Source: Rhynchopus sp. YZ270_cl-10 (Eukaryota). Taken from it: DNA of 64,000 nucleotides. Location of the stretch: contig OZ037844.1 of the NCBI GenBank assembly GCA_964035575.1, positions 930,001 to 994,000 on the forward strand, given 5' to 3'. The position numbers and the translations under genes are program-made. Under the pieces are notes generated by a model, which was not told where the DNA came from, ran no database searches, and saw nothing but the letters and a program-made list of their open reading frames with translations. This document shows, piece after piece, positions 23,470 through 35,447 of this stretch (position 1 is the stretch's first letter; each line of letters opens with the position of its first letter).

Positions 23470-24575
23470 CTATTTAATAGCGTCGAACACATGGATACCA
23501 TGTGCCGAAAGCATGTGTCGTCCAATATTTTTTTTTGTAATTTTTCTTCCGTCCCCTAGTTTAGTTTTGTTACATACCGGGCATTTTCCTTCAATGAGGT
23601 CTTCTTTTTTATACGTTTTTATTGTTGTTTGATTCTCTGTGTATTGAACGGGAAATGTTGGAAAGGTATTTTTTTGTTCTTGTAAAACAAGTGCTCTTAG
23701 TTCTTTGTCTGTTTTTTGTTTCTTCAGGTATCGTAGTGCAATGTTAGTAAAAACTTTTTTTTTTCTTTGTAAAAGGTCATCTTGTTGTTGGTCATAATGG
23801 TGTATGCTTTTTTTTGTAAAGTTGTATAGTTTATACCCTACATCACTAAAGTGACGATAGGTTGTAGTAAAAAATTTACTAGCTGCTTGTATAAGGTATT
23901 TTCTTTGATGACCTCGTAATAGCATGTACTTCATGATGTTGGCGATATCAAATTTTAGGTCCTCGATGTTGTTATTTATTCTTGTACTTCTCGTTAATTG
24001 TCCAATTACAATGCCTTTGGTGATGTGTAGTGGTTGTGCAGAGTTTGCAGCAGAGTATTTAATAGGTTTAAAAGAACCAAGTTGTTTCTCTTGTGTACCT
24101 ATTCTTAGTATTTTCACTTCATCATCTTCGTCATTGTATGTTTCTATACTTATAAGAATACCGAGATACACGGTAGGTTCATCTACACATGTTTGACAGT
24201 ACTCCATTTCGTATAGGCTTTGTGGTGGTGGTTCACCGGAAAAGGTTAGAAAATCATCAATATAGCGCGTAAGGTGGCGATATTTTTGTGCTTCTTCTAT
24301 CTTTTTTTGTGCAATTAAATCTAAAATAAAAGTCTTTTCAATTTGGAGGCAAAACGCGTTGGCAATATCAGGGGCAGCAGTACAGCCCATAGGAATTCCT
24401 TTGGTCTGTCTATACCACTCCTGTTTTTGCACATACGCAAAGTCTAAAACAAAGTGAATCATGTCTACAAGTTGTTCTTTTGTAAAAAATTGTTCTCCAT
24501 CTTTGATATTCTTTTTTTCTTCAAAGAAAAAAGGTCTTTTTCTATCTCCTTTCCCAGACCTTACAAGAAAAGCAA
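23470..24575 (-). mobile_element. 5'-truncated Penelope-like element: RT C-terminal half, thumb and C2H2 zinc finger
   Basis: Motifs YRQTKGIPMGCTAAPDIAN, RYIDD, YLGI, PLE-type thumb (KGIVIGQLTR...LLRGH) and terminal CPVC...H-x4-H. The frame stays open about 35 codons upstream of the Met at 24462. No C-terminal GIY-YIG. Confidence 0.88.
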
Positions 24576-25510
24576 CAAAAAAAAAAAAACACTGACATAA
24601 TTTTGCACGTGTTACCGTGCGAGCATAGCGGGGACCCTCTGCCTAGGGCAATCATGGCTCAGTTCGTAAACACGCAGGTGCCATCCATACGACTCCTTCC
24701 GTATCAAAAAACTATCCATCCGTGGCTCACCCATACATAATAAGAAAATAACTTTGGAGTGTAGAGACTTAGAGTGAAAGAAGAACACAGAAACCATGAT
24801 TGTTTGCTGCTGTTGATGTGAAGAGACTTATTTTTTTATTTGTGTTTTCGAATACCCAAATATAGAAAACTATCGGGGAAATAGCTTGGGTACTTTTGCT
24901 GGTTTCAAAACCAGAACGAGCTGGTTTACTGGTTTGGGGAAAAATAAAAAAAAAAAGTGGGATTCGGGATTCAGTTTTTCGCCTCCCCCCTGCACCACTT
25001 TCTTCACAGAAGAAAGCCTCACACGTAAGCGAACCCCTAAAAAGGGTGCATTGAGTGACTCTGTGGTGTAAAAAGCTACATTTTTTGCACCATACCCTAA
25101 TTTTTTTTCGCCTGCGGCGCCACTTGATATTATTTTTTTTGCTCCGCAAAAAAATAGAGTTTACAATGGCTAAAGGGATTCCCTTGCATTTTGCAGCCAA
25201 ACAAAATGCAACTTGGCCAAAGCTGCAAAAAGTTGACCGTTTTTTCAAAATGACCCACCGTTGCAACAGCCCCTGCTTCTGGAAGACGTATTGATTTATA
25301 CGGTTAGTGGAACGTAAGGTGCAAGACCAAGCTCCGTTAACAAAGGATTATATCCCGTTTTCTTTGTCTCGCAAACCTTACCCTGTACCTCTCCACTCTG
25401 GCTGTCAGGGAGGCGCGCGCGAAGCGCGCGACGACCGCTTTCAACTGGGGAAATTTTTTTTTCTAAACCAGCAAACCAGCAACATTTGAAAAGTGCACCT
25501 TTCAAGCTAC

Positions 25511-26960
25511 TGGAGGTACCCTAAAATAGTGATTTTAAATAAAAACGCTAAAAAAGCTAGGAATTTGGGGGGCTTTTTTCGGGGGAAAAAAGGGTGAGGG
25601 GAGTTGGGTCCAGTCATAGGGGGTATAGCATATTTTTTGGAAAATTCTTCAAAAAATCAAGGATTTTTGCTGGGCACAATGAAAATTTTCAGAAAAATCC
25701 CAATTTTCGGCCAAATTTGGAGCAAATTATGGCCCACCCACCCCGATTTTGGGTCAAAAACCGACTTCATTTTTGCACAGGAGTGCCTACGATTTCGTAA
25801 ACCAGAGGTCCTCTGGATGCATGCATTGATAAACACAACACTGGAAATTGCAAGGAACGGGTCTGCATGTGCGTGTTCTCTAGCCACCACAGTCACAGGG
25901 TATGCACAAAATGACCGAAGTGCAATGGCGATAATGGAAAGATAGATGCCGGCATTGGTGAATTGCTGGAGTTCTGCACAGGAAGCTAGCATGACGTAGA
26001 ATTACTGTGTGAACAAAATGACCGTATTTTGGTTGAAAATTTGACTTGAAAATTTTTTTCATAATTTGCCCAATCGAAGGTTTTCCTTGGATTTTTTGGG
26101 CCATTTTATGACGTACCACGCCCGATTTTGGGCGAAAAAAAAATTTTTTTTTTGGTCAAAAATCGCCTTGTATTACCACTGTATTGGTGTAGGCTTGTAC
26201 ACAGAAGTGTGTTTTGTGTGACCACAGATGGTCAAAACACCCGATTTTTGCATTTTTTTGCATTTTTTGGTGCCCAAAGACCCACCTCAGTGGTCGAAAT
26301 TTTCCCGAAAAAAAATTTTTTTTTTTGAGATTTTTCGATTTTTTGACAAGGCGCTGGCCCATACAAAGTGCACTGGTGGTGGTGCAGAAAATGGCTGGGG
26401 AATAAACTCTAGATGCTCAGAACAGCCCAATTCTTGCTTTTTTTGCTTTTTTGGTCCCAGAAGGGTACCCAGGTGTAGTGAGCAGGCCTCAAAAGCACTT
26501 GTGAAAAAAAAAAAAAAATTTTTTTTTTGAGATTTTTCGATTTTTCGCTAAGGCGCTGGCCCATACAAAATGGCTGGGGTGGTACAAAAAATGGCTGGGG
26601 AATTGACTCTAGATGCTCAAAACAGCCCAATTCTTGCTTTTTTGGACTTTTTGGTCCCAGAAGGGTACCCAGGTGTAGTGAGCAGGCCTCAAAAACACTT
26701 GTGAAAAAAAAAAAAAAAATTTTTTTTTTTTGAGATTTTTGAAAAATCGGCAGATTTTGTGACCAATTTTGGCTGGGGAATTTCGACGACCAAAGGGTCC
26801 CCCCTGTGGAAAAAAACGCTAATTGGCGCGAATTTCATACCCTAATCGTGTCGCGCCAATTCGCGCCAATTAGCGTTTTTTTTCGCGAAAAAACGGCTAA
26901 GTACAAAACGCGAATTGGCGCGAATTGGGGCAACCAGGGGCGAATATTAGGGTACCTCCA
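25511..26960. mobile_element. Non-autonomous TIR element (TGGAGGTACCCTAA), with an internal tandem duplication of about 200 bp
   Basis: Inverted termini TGGAGGTACCCTAA / TTAGGGTACCTCCA; CTAC on both flanks; duplication at about 26310-26740. Confidence 0.7.
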
Positions 26961-27620
26961 CTACCCTGGAAAACTATCCTAGAATAAACTAAAAAAGGGA
27001 AATGCGAAGAAAAAAAAGAGCAAGGCTCTCGGGGGGGGGGGTGATTTTGCCCAAAAATCAGGGGCTCCGCTACCGTATAAAGTTCTGTTGCGGCGCAACA
27101 GAAGTCTGGAAAAAAGAAAAAAAAAAAAAAAAAAAATCCCATGGTTGAACCACGGGAGTACCATGGGGAACTGGGTTGCTGACCGCACCATCCAGGCTGT
27201 ACCTCAATTTTTTTTTTGCCTGCGGCGCCATTTTCCCTTTTTTGCTCCGCAAAAAAGGATTCGATGTGTGACTCTGTACTGCAAAAAGCTAGATTTTTAC
27301 ACCGTACCCTAAATTTTTTTTCGCCTGCGGCGCCATTTGATTTTTTTTGCTCCGCAAAAAAAATACAGTTCCCTATGTTCCTAATGTCCCTGGTCAGCAG
27401 TGCTGAAAAATTTTTGGGCACAAAAACAGCTGACCCCAATCTTGAAATCTGAATTCCTGGATAAGACACTGGCGCAGGGTGAAAAAAAAAACCCCCCGCA
27501 ACAGAACTCAAAAAAAATCTGAAAACGTAGCGGAGGGGCTGCCAAAAATCCCCCAAAAAAAAAAAAAAACGGATTTTGGGGGGGGGTGATTTTTTAGGAA
27601 AATCACCCCCCCAAAAATAA

Positions 27621-28898
27621 CTATTTATTCACCTCCTTTTAGCGGGGTTTTATTTTGCGATAACTTCACGCATTTTTTTCCCAGGCGAGGGCTACTTAAT
27701 TTGCCGAGCGAAGCGAGGCAAATTGAGTGCACGAGCCTGGGAAAAAAATAAGTGAAGTATCGCAAAATAATCCGCTAAAAGGAGGTGAATACGTAATTTT
27801 ATATCACGGGAAATAAAGTATACGAAAGGATTTGGCACTTTTAGCGGGACTCATTTATTGTGCAATAACTAACGAGAATGTGTCCCTCCAGGTAGCTCTC
27901 ATTACCCCCCCCGCTAGCTTTTGCTCGCTGGGAACCTGCAAAAAACTGGTGAATTGGGCCCATACCCTGGTATGTGGGGTGGGATACGCATTTTTGGGGT
28001 GGCAGAACCATGTGTGAGCCACAGGGTGGTGCACGTGTGACCCCATGCAGTACCACGCAACCCACGTTTTTACACACACAACAACGGCATTTTGCGTGTA
28101 GCGCGTACAGTATGTAGCCTAAAAAGCCCACACCACGTGTACGCATAGCGCGTAGCGCAGCGTGTGGTCGGGTTTGGAAAGCTGCCTCAACGGTACACAA
28201 AGCTACATCCCGACCTCTCGCCACCTCAGTGTCCCCTCGGGTGCTAGCGGGAGGTCGGGAAATGGCTGTCGTGCAAGAGCGAGACACATTCAGAAGATCC
28301 CCGCCCATCACAGAATATCATGCCAGCCACCACCTTCCTCACAATGAAGTAAAGGGGGTGGTGTGTCCTTCGTCTTGATAGTGAGATCGTCACGGAGATA
28401 CACTATGTACGAAACGAAGTCGGCTTCCGTGGGCTTACCGTCAGGCTTGCCAATGAATTCCTTAAAAAGCGGTCCCATTCACGGACGTACGGTGTCGACA
28501 ATGCTAGTCCTTCAGCAAAACCACTGTAGTGCTTGTCCATCTCCTGTCGGAGGACCGTTTGCGTCTTACATCCTTCGGCATGTTGCATGTGTCAGAAAAA
28601 AAATGGGAAAAGGGCAAAAAAAATTCGAAATTTTCAATTTTTAGGTGGGTGGTGGTGCAGGATGTACCAAAATTTAGCGTGAAGTTATCGCCAAATAAAA
28701 CCCCTGTTTTAGCGTGAAAAAAATAAAAATAAAATCCCGCTCTGAAGGAATTGCAGTGAAAAAAAGTGAAAAACGCGTGAAATAAAGTTCAATGAGCGGG
28801 TTTTAAATTTGCGATAAAAAAACTGCGTGAAATTATCATTAAAAAGAATCCCGCTAAAAGTGCCAAATCCTTCGTATACTTTATTTCCCAGGGGAATA
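27621..28898 (-). mobile_element. Deleted Crypton-like element (terminal palindrome plus tyrosine recombinase N-terminal remnant)
   Basis: About 165-bp palindrome centred on CGAGCGAAGCGAG, ending AATAAATAG on the minus strand. The frameshifted remnant YVREWDRF/KEFIGKPDGKPTEADFVSYIVYLRD (about 28390-28490) resembles the N-terminus of the recombinase at 32716. Confidence 0.7.
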
Positions 28899-30525
28899 AA
28901 AAAAAAAAAAAGTTGGGAAATCCGGATTTTTTTTTGGGGGGGTCTTCTACTAGAGCTCCGTTGTTCACACAGCAGTGAACAAAGTGACCCGTCACAGCCA
29001 GAACGCGACTCAATTGGTCAAACGCCGAAGGAAAAGGAAGCATGCAGCATGGCGAAAGAAAAAAGTAGCGTACCGTGCGCCTGCGGCGCAAGCTTACAAC
29101 CCACCCTTCCCTTTGACATAGTATTGCTGTAATAATGTGCTATTTTAAGCGCATTTTTTTGAAATATTGCGTACCGTGGCTTCGCCAGAAATTTTGGTTT
29201 AGCAAAATATGGAAGTAAAATTCATGCAAACTGACGATAATTACCAACGACGGTGCCATTTTATGTCAACATTTTTTAGAAATGTTGCGTACCGTGGCTT
29301 CGCCCGGAACCTTTCGGGTACCATGACCGCTGTTTCTTTCCCACGTCCCTCCCTTTGCACATAGTGTGTGGAAATTTTTTTGACCCCAAATCACCCCCTT
29401 TTTGGGTTTTGGGGGTGATCTCCGAGAGCCCTGAACAGGCCTAATGCTATCCGCTGGTTCGCTGGTTCACTTTTATTTATTATTTTTTTTTTTTTATCCG
29501 CTGGTTCGCTGGTTCACCCTTAAAATAGGACGGGGGGTTCTCTGCCTGTGGTATGCCGTGGGTACCTTGGTCCTGGAGATGTGAGCGCCTGCGCCCGCAT
29601 CTTCAGGAGGTGACGATGGAGACTTGTTTCAGGGACTCAATGATGCGGCCTCCTTGCCGGCGAAAATAAAAAAAGTAGCGTACCGTGCGCCTGCGGCGCA
29701 GCTCAAAAACTGGCAGCCCACAGCCCTCCACCATAGTTTGGCTGTAAAAATGTTCGGTTCTAGGTCACAATTTTTGAAATGTTGCGTACCGTGGCTTCGC
29801 CAGAAAGTTTTGATGTCAACCGCCGTTTCTTGTTGTACTGAGGGAAGGTTGCGTTCATAAGAAAGAACCTAGTGCGACGGCTTGACGTGGAAAAGCGGGA
29901 GAAAAGTGCTTTGGTTTGGTTCTTGATGCACGTTACCATCCCACGTCATCACGTATTTACGCGAAATGAACGGACCTTTTCGCGCGGAGCTCAAAAAAAA
30001 AAATTTGGCCCTTTTTGGACATATCTTCACGGTTTTGGGGGGAAAAAATTTTCATGAAAATAAGCGAAAACCCTGGACCCCTTCCCGGAGGGAAAATTTT
30101 TTTTCGTTTTTTTTTTTTTTTTTTTTCGCTGGTTCACTTTTTTCCCCCCTCCCCCAAAGTTAGCATTAGGCCTGGGCCCTGAAAAAGAGGCGAAAAAAAA
30201 AAAAAAAACTAAACATAACATTTTATATTACTCTGATAAAGTATACGTGGAAAATTTGGTAGTACACGAAAAATAAGGAAACACTTTATTTTACGCCCAG
30301 GCCAGCCGTAAAATAATGTAATACCCGTAAAACCTGTACAAAAATTCTGAGCGTAAAATAATATTACTTTATTTTACGCCCACGACCATTTTGGCTTTTT
30401 CGCCTGTAAAAAAATTTTTTTTCTCGCAAAGACATTTTTCAGCCCCAAAAAAAAATTTTTTTTTTGGGCTCAGATGGGTCCAAAAAAGCAAAAAAAGCAA
30501 GAATTCGTCGTTTTTTTTATATATT

Positions 30526-32322
30526 CACGTATGGCAAATGATAATTTATTATGAGATCTCATAATAAATTATGAGATCATTATGCGCTATTATGCGCGCT
30601 CATAATAATCGCATAATGCATAATAGCGCATAATAGCGCATAATAGCACATAATAGCGCATAATTCTAGAAAACACTTGTGTTTTTAGTCTTTTAACTTG
30701 AGATGTCGCCACCCCCTGTGGCACCATCAGTCCCCTATGTACCCCCTTTGTACCCCCTATATCCCCCCTATATCCCCCCCCGGGGGGTTTTTTGGATTCC
30801 CCCCCCCCCGGGGGGTTTTTGACCAAAAACCGGTTTTTTTTTCAGGGTGTAGAAGCTTCGCGCAGCTGAAAAAACGTTTTCTTTGGAAAGATCGGACACT
30901 TTTTGGGGGGTTTACGGCTTCAACGAAGCTGGGACCCCTGGCAGACCCTGATTCCAGGGTGTCGCGAGTACCCCTTTTTGCCTTAGCAAAACACGTGTAT
31001 CTTAAGGCTTCTACAGGGTTCTACAGGCAAAACAGGCGTTTTGGCCAAAAACCCGGTTTTTCAGGCAGGTAACCGGGTTTGCGGCTTGGGAAACGTGCCA
31101 GCGAGCTGTGAGAACCATGCATGGGCCACACACGGCACGAGTTGCAGCAGCCCACCGTAGGTGGGCTGCGTTTGGTAACCACTCTATACGGTTAACGCGT
31201 GTATCGCATATACATAGCGTTGTGTGTGTCGTATACGAAGACCGTTGTGTGCAACGCATGTGCAGACCGTTCCGTTATCAACCACACGAGCCTGCAAGAG
31301 TGTTTCCGCGGCGCTAGGACGCCGTTGTCGTTGCAGCAGCCCACCGCAGGTGGGCAGCGCTTGGTAACCACTCGTTGCGGTTAACGCGTGCATCGCTTAT
31401 ACAGAGCGTTGTGTGTATCGTATACGAAGACCGTTGTGTGTAACGCATGTAGAGTAACACACGCGTAAACCGTTCCGTTATCATAACCACACGAACCAGC
31501 GAAGTGTCACAGCGGCGCAGGTGTTGCGTACATGCGATGTCGTTAAACCCGTAGCATGCTTTATGTGCACACGAACCGGCGAAGTGTTTTCGAGACCGTC
31601 ACCTAATGATTATGCGCTATTATGTGCTCATTATGTGCTCATTATGTGCCCTACCCCAATGCCCCAAACCAGAAAATACCACCCTCAGATGTCCAAAAAT
31701 CCATCTGCGCCCGGTTTTGAGCAGTTTTGAGCCTCAAGAAGCCCCGTATCTGCTTTTTTCAAAAATGTACATACAACTTGTACCTGCCCACCCCTCGTAG
31801 ATAGAGCAACTCACACATTCATCACGCCTCAGTGTGAGCCAGGGGCCAGAAAAGCCCCCAAAGCCACATATTTTCACCCCAGAACCTATCCCGAGGGGTA
31901 CCCAGGCGGTTTCGGGGTGTTTAGAGGGACTTGGTGGAACTTAGAACCATGTTTCAAAAAGTGTCAAGCACCTGGTACCAAAGGTTTTCCCACCCAAGGT
32001 ATCTTAAGCCGTCAAAAAACGTGAAGTAGGTAATAAATCAAAGAAACCCCCCTGAAGTCAATAAAAACCACACCATAGGCCCATTTGTACCCCAAAATCG
32101 AATTCCGCCCGGTTTTGGGCACTTTTGACCACTTCTGAGCGACTTTTTTTGGGTGGGGGGGTGGGGGGTACGGCACATAATGAGCGCATAACGCCGCATA
32201 ATTGGCGCATAATAGCGCATAATAGCACATAATAGCGCATAATAGCACATAATAGCGCATAATATCACATGTATTATGAGATCTCATAATAGCGCATAAT
32301 ATATTATCATTTGCCATACGTG
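30526..32322. mobile_element. hAT-like non-autonomous element with 10-bp subterminal repeats
   Basis: TIR CACGTATGGCAAATGATAAT at both ends; (ATAATAGCGC)n arrays near both ends; TA-rich flanks. Confidence 0.75.
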
Positions 32323-32350
32323 ATATATATATAAATTCGTCTTGTATCAA

Positions 32351-32485
32351 CACTTCGCCTCCCTGAAGGAGGCTGGAATGGCACCGGCCAGCATGTGGAC
32401 ATCCTATTCAAAATTGACGCAGCCGTTCCGCACTACGAAGACATCTATCTTCATTTCAGGTGAAATGAACAGGTTCGTCTCTGAG
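32351..32485 (+). pseudogene. Internally deleted, diverged duplicate of the recombinase N-terminal region
   Basis: FASLKEAGMAPASMWTSYSKL...SIFISGEMNRFVSE compared with FASLNDAGMAPASIWTAYSKL...SIFTSGEMNRFVSE in the adjacent ORF. Confidence 0.8.
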
Positions 32486-32715
32486 CCTCTTTGGTTATTT
32501 CTTCCAGAAATAATTCTTCTTCTCGGTGTTCATGCAGTGTTTCCTCACATCTTCATCTTCGTTGCACACAAGCTCCCCACGCAATCTTGTACCCTACCCC
32601 CTAACACCCCCTAACCCCCTAATTCACATATACCTCCAAAAATGCAAATAAAGCAAGAATTCCACTCAAACAGGCATTGTCTTTAACGGGGGGAAGTAAA
32701 AAAAAAAACAAAAAA

Positions 32716-33873
32716 ATGGGACGCACACCGAAGGAGATCAAAAAACGACCAGCCGACTTGGCGGAGCATGCAAGAACTGTGTTAGAGGACTCCCTCCCCC
32801 CACAAAGCGCAAAGCAGTACAACGCCGAGTGGGAAAAATTTTGCGCGTACAACAAAATCAAGGCGACGAGGAAGCAGAAGCCCAGCTGCGAGATGTTCAC
32901 GTCCTACTTCGCCTCCCTCAACGATGCTGGAATGGCACCGGCAAGCATTTGGACAGCCTATTCAAAATTGAATGGCATTCTCCGCACCCGTTACGCAGGT
33001 AAACTCCAGGATTGGCCCCAACTCACCACCCTCCTCAAGAGCTATGCAGCAGGAAGCACCACGAAGCAGTCCTCTATCTTCACTTCAGGTGAAATGAACA
33101 GGTTTGTCTCTGAGGAGTCCGATGACACGTATCACCTCGTGCGCCAGTGCTACGCTGCAGTGGGATACACCGGAGGACTGAGAGCAGTTGAAGCTCACGG
33201 ATTGAAGTACGGAAACGTTGTCGACTTGAGTGACAGCCATGATGGGGAACTTATTTTCAAGGTGACGTTTCGTCGTGGCAAGGTGAGGGGTGCTGAGGAA
33301 AAGAACGACTTTTACATCATGGGAGAGTACGCCACTGCAGTGAAGCAGTGCAGAGATTCGCTCGCTGCCTTCAACAAGGTTCCAAGGGACAGTGAGCCTT
33401 TTTTTTTAACAGGTGTGTCCGGCCTCGGCTGGAGAAAGTCGGTCGTGGGCATTCATACCTTGTACGCAATTCCAAAATACCAAGCTGACCACCTCAAACT
33501 ACCCAATGCAGCTACATACACGGGGCACTGTTATCGCCGTAGTGCTGCGCAATACCTCGTTGACAGCGGACTCTCAACAGAGGGGATGAAACGGAACTTC
33601 GGCTGGAAAAGTGAATCCATGGTGAATCGCTATACGGCGCGTTCGAGCCGTGCCCAACGCGAAGTCTCCTCTCTTTTTGTGAGGCAGCCAGGTCTTTCTG
33701 TGGCTCCAAGTCCTCTCGAGGTGCCTACCCAAGTCTCTCCAAGCTCTGCTGTGGTGCCAACTCAAGTCTCTCCAAGCCCTGCTGTGGTGCCAACTCAAGT
33801 CTCTCCAAGCCCTGCTGTGGTGCCAACTCAAGTCCACAAGGTGGAAATCTCGATCACCGTGAAGAACAGCTAA
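32716..33873 (+). CDS. Tyrosine recombinase (Crypton-like DNA transposon), intact
   Basis: Catalytic set R (GGLRAVE), K (RRGK), HxxR (TGHCYRR), W (FGWKS) and Y (VNRY); helical N-terminal domain; three C-terminal PTQVSPSxAVV repeats; first ATG at 32716. Confidence 0.9.
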   Translation: MGRTPKEIKKRPADLAEHARTVLEDSLPPQSAKQYNAEWEKFCAYNKIKATRKQKPSCEMFTSYFASLNDAGMAPASIWTAYSKLNGILRTRYAGKLQDWPQLTTLLKSYAAGSTTKQSSIFTSGEMNRFVSEESDDTYHLVRQCYAAVGYTGGLRAVEAHGLKYGNVVDLSDSHDGELIFKVTFRRGKVRGAEEKNDFYIMGEYATAVKQCRDSLAAFNKVPRDSEPFFLTGVSGLGWRKSVVGIHTLYAIPKYQADHLKLPNAATYTGHCYRRSAAQYLVDSGLSTEGMKRNFGWKSESMVNRYTARSSRAQREVSSLFVRQPGLSVAPSPLEVPTQVSPSSAVVPTQVSPSPAVVPTQVSPSPAVVPTQVHKVEISITVKNS

Positions 33874-34101
33874 TGACGAGACACAGAAAAAAGACAAAAC
33901 CATCAATAAATGCAAAAAAGTAAACAGCAACATCATCACAAAAATAAAGTATACCCACCCTCTCCCATTTTGTGTACAAGCAGTCACACGAACCCGTAAA
34001 CCCCTACACCAACAGGAACAACGACACACTAGTACACATATTCGGGGTACAATGATTATTTTCCACTTATACTTTCTCAATGTAAAATAAAACTCTGTAT
34101 A

Positions 34102-34249
34102 AAATAAAAATCAGGCCAGATTTTCCTTGTGAAGGTGTTTTTTCACTCGTTTCTAATACTGCACTCGCTGCGCTCGTGCAGTATAATCACTCGTGAAAAA
34201 ACACCTCCACGCGTAAAATCAGGCTATCTGATTTTTATTTAATAAATAG
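34102..34249 (+). repeat. Long terminal palindrome downstream of the recombinase
   Basis: aaataaaaatcag...gaaggtgtttttcac...tactgcac tcgctgcgctc gtgcagta...gtgaaaaaacacctcc...ctgatttttattt, followed by AATAAATAG. Confidence 0.8.
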
Positions 34250-35006
34250 CTAATACCAACTGATCTGTCTTTACTACTCTACTACTATGTCTTTTTTCGT
34301 TGACCGCAGCATGACCCAAAGGGACCGCGCAGCGGAATAGTAGCATAGTACGGAGTTAAACGGGGAAGAAAAAAGGGGGGAAACGGTAGGAAAAGAAAGA
34401 AAAACGGTAAACACAGCACCGAGCAAGCCAGCACTCACAGAAAGAAATCGTGTTGATATCCATTCGCCGTCTCGAAGACAGTGGATAAGGGGGGGCCGTA
34501 AGCGCAAGGAGTGCCAAGCATAGTCAGCACACCCCATACAGGGGAACACATTTCAAACAAAAATAAAAGCGCATGGTGCACGAAGCAGAGTCAGTACCAT
34601 CAAACGGGAGAGCAAAAAATAGGAAAACGGTGTCAGTGATAAGCAGGGACTACAAAAACCAGCACGGGCGGACCCACCACCGAAACGACAATCTTCCGCG
34701 AGAGTCGCCTCTCCAAACTACTGGGCAGCGGACGTTCGTGAAGCAGGGAGGCGTGGTACTAAAACGTGTCCTCAACCGCGTATAGCGGGGCTCGTGGCCA
34801 TCAGAACAACCCGCCCTTGGCAGGAAAATACCACGTACACAACGCAAGAAAACAGAACGCGCACGCACAATACGAGGACAAGCTCCTCAAAGAAAAACCA
34901 GTCGTCCCGCGACAGGCCCACACAGACCACCATTGAACCCTAGGTGATGAAAAAATAAAACAAACACTAAACACTCCTACGACGCACTGTGAGCGGGAAG
35001 GCAAAC

Positions 35007-35430
35007 AATAAAATGCATGGGGCACTAAGCATAGTCAGCACGCACCAGCGATGAAATGTTGATGAACAAGAAACACCCCTTCGTCGCTCCTCGAGCAGGA
35101 AGGTAAAATAAAATGCATGGGGCACCAAGCAGAGTCAGCACGCACCAGCGATAAAGTGTTGATGAACATTGACACCCCTTCAGGGGAAAAAGTAAAAAGC
35201 ACAAGGGGCACCAAGCAGAGTCAGCACGCTCCAAGCGAGAAAATGATAACAATAACAAAACCCTTCGTCGTTCCGTGAGCGGGAAGGTAAAATAAAATGC
35301 ATGGGGCACCAAGCAGAGTCAGCACGCACCAGCGATAAAATGTTGATGAACAATAAACATCCCTTCGTCGCCCCGTGGGCAGGGGAAAAATATAAAAACT
35401 CATGGGGCACTGAGCAAAGCCAGCACGCGC
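35007..35430 (-). repeat. Five tandem units of 86-101 bp in the 3' UTR of the RT ORF
   Basis: Core GGGGCACCAAGCAGAGTCAGCACGC (plus strand) at about 35019, 35119, 35205, 35303 and 35404; two diverged cores near 34512 and 34575. Confidence 0.85.
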
Positions 35431-35447
35431 CATAACAAACAAAACAA

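Noticed and set aside
32590..32625. CCCTAA-like telomeric motifs
   Set aside because: Only two or three imperfect units; not an array.
35007..35430. CRISPR-like array next to an RT
   Set aside because: Inter-core sequences are homologous to each other rather than unique spacers, there are no cas genes and the context is eukaryotic.
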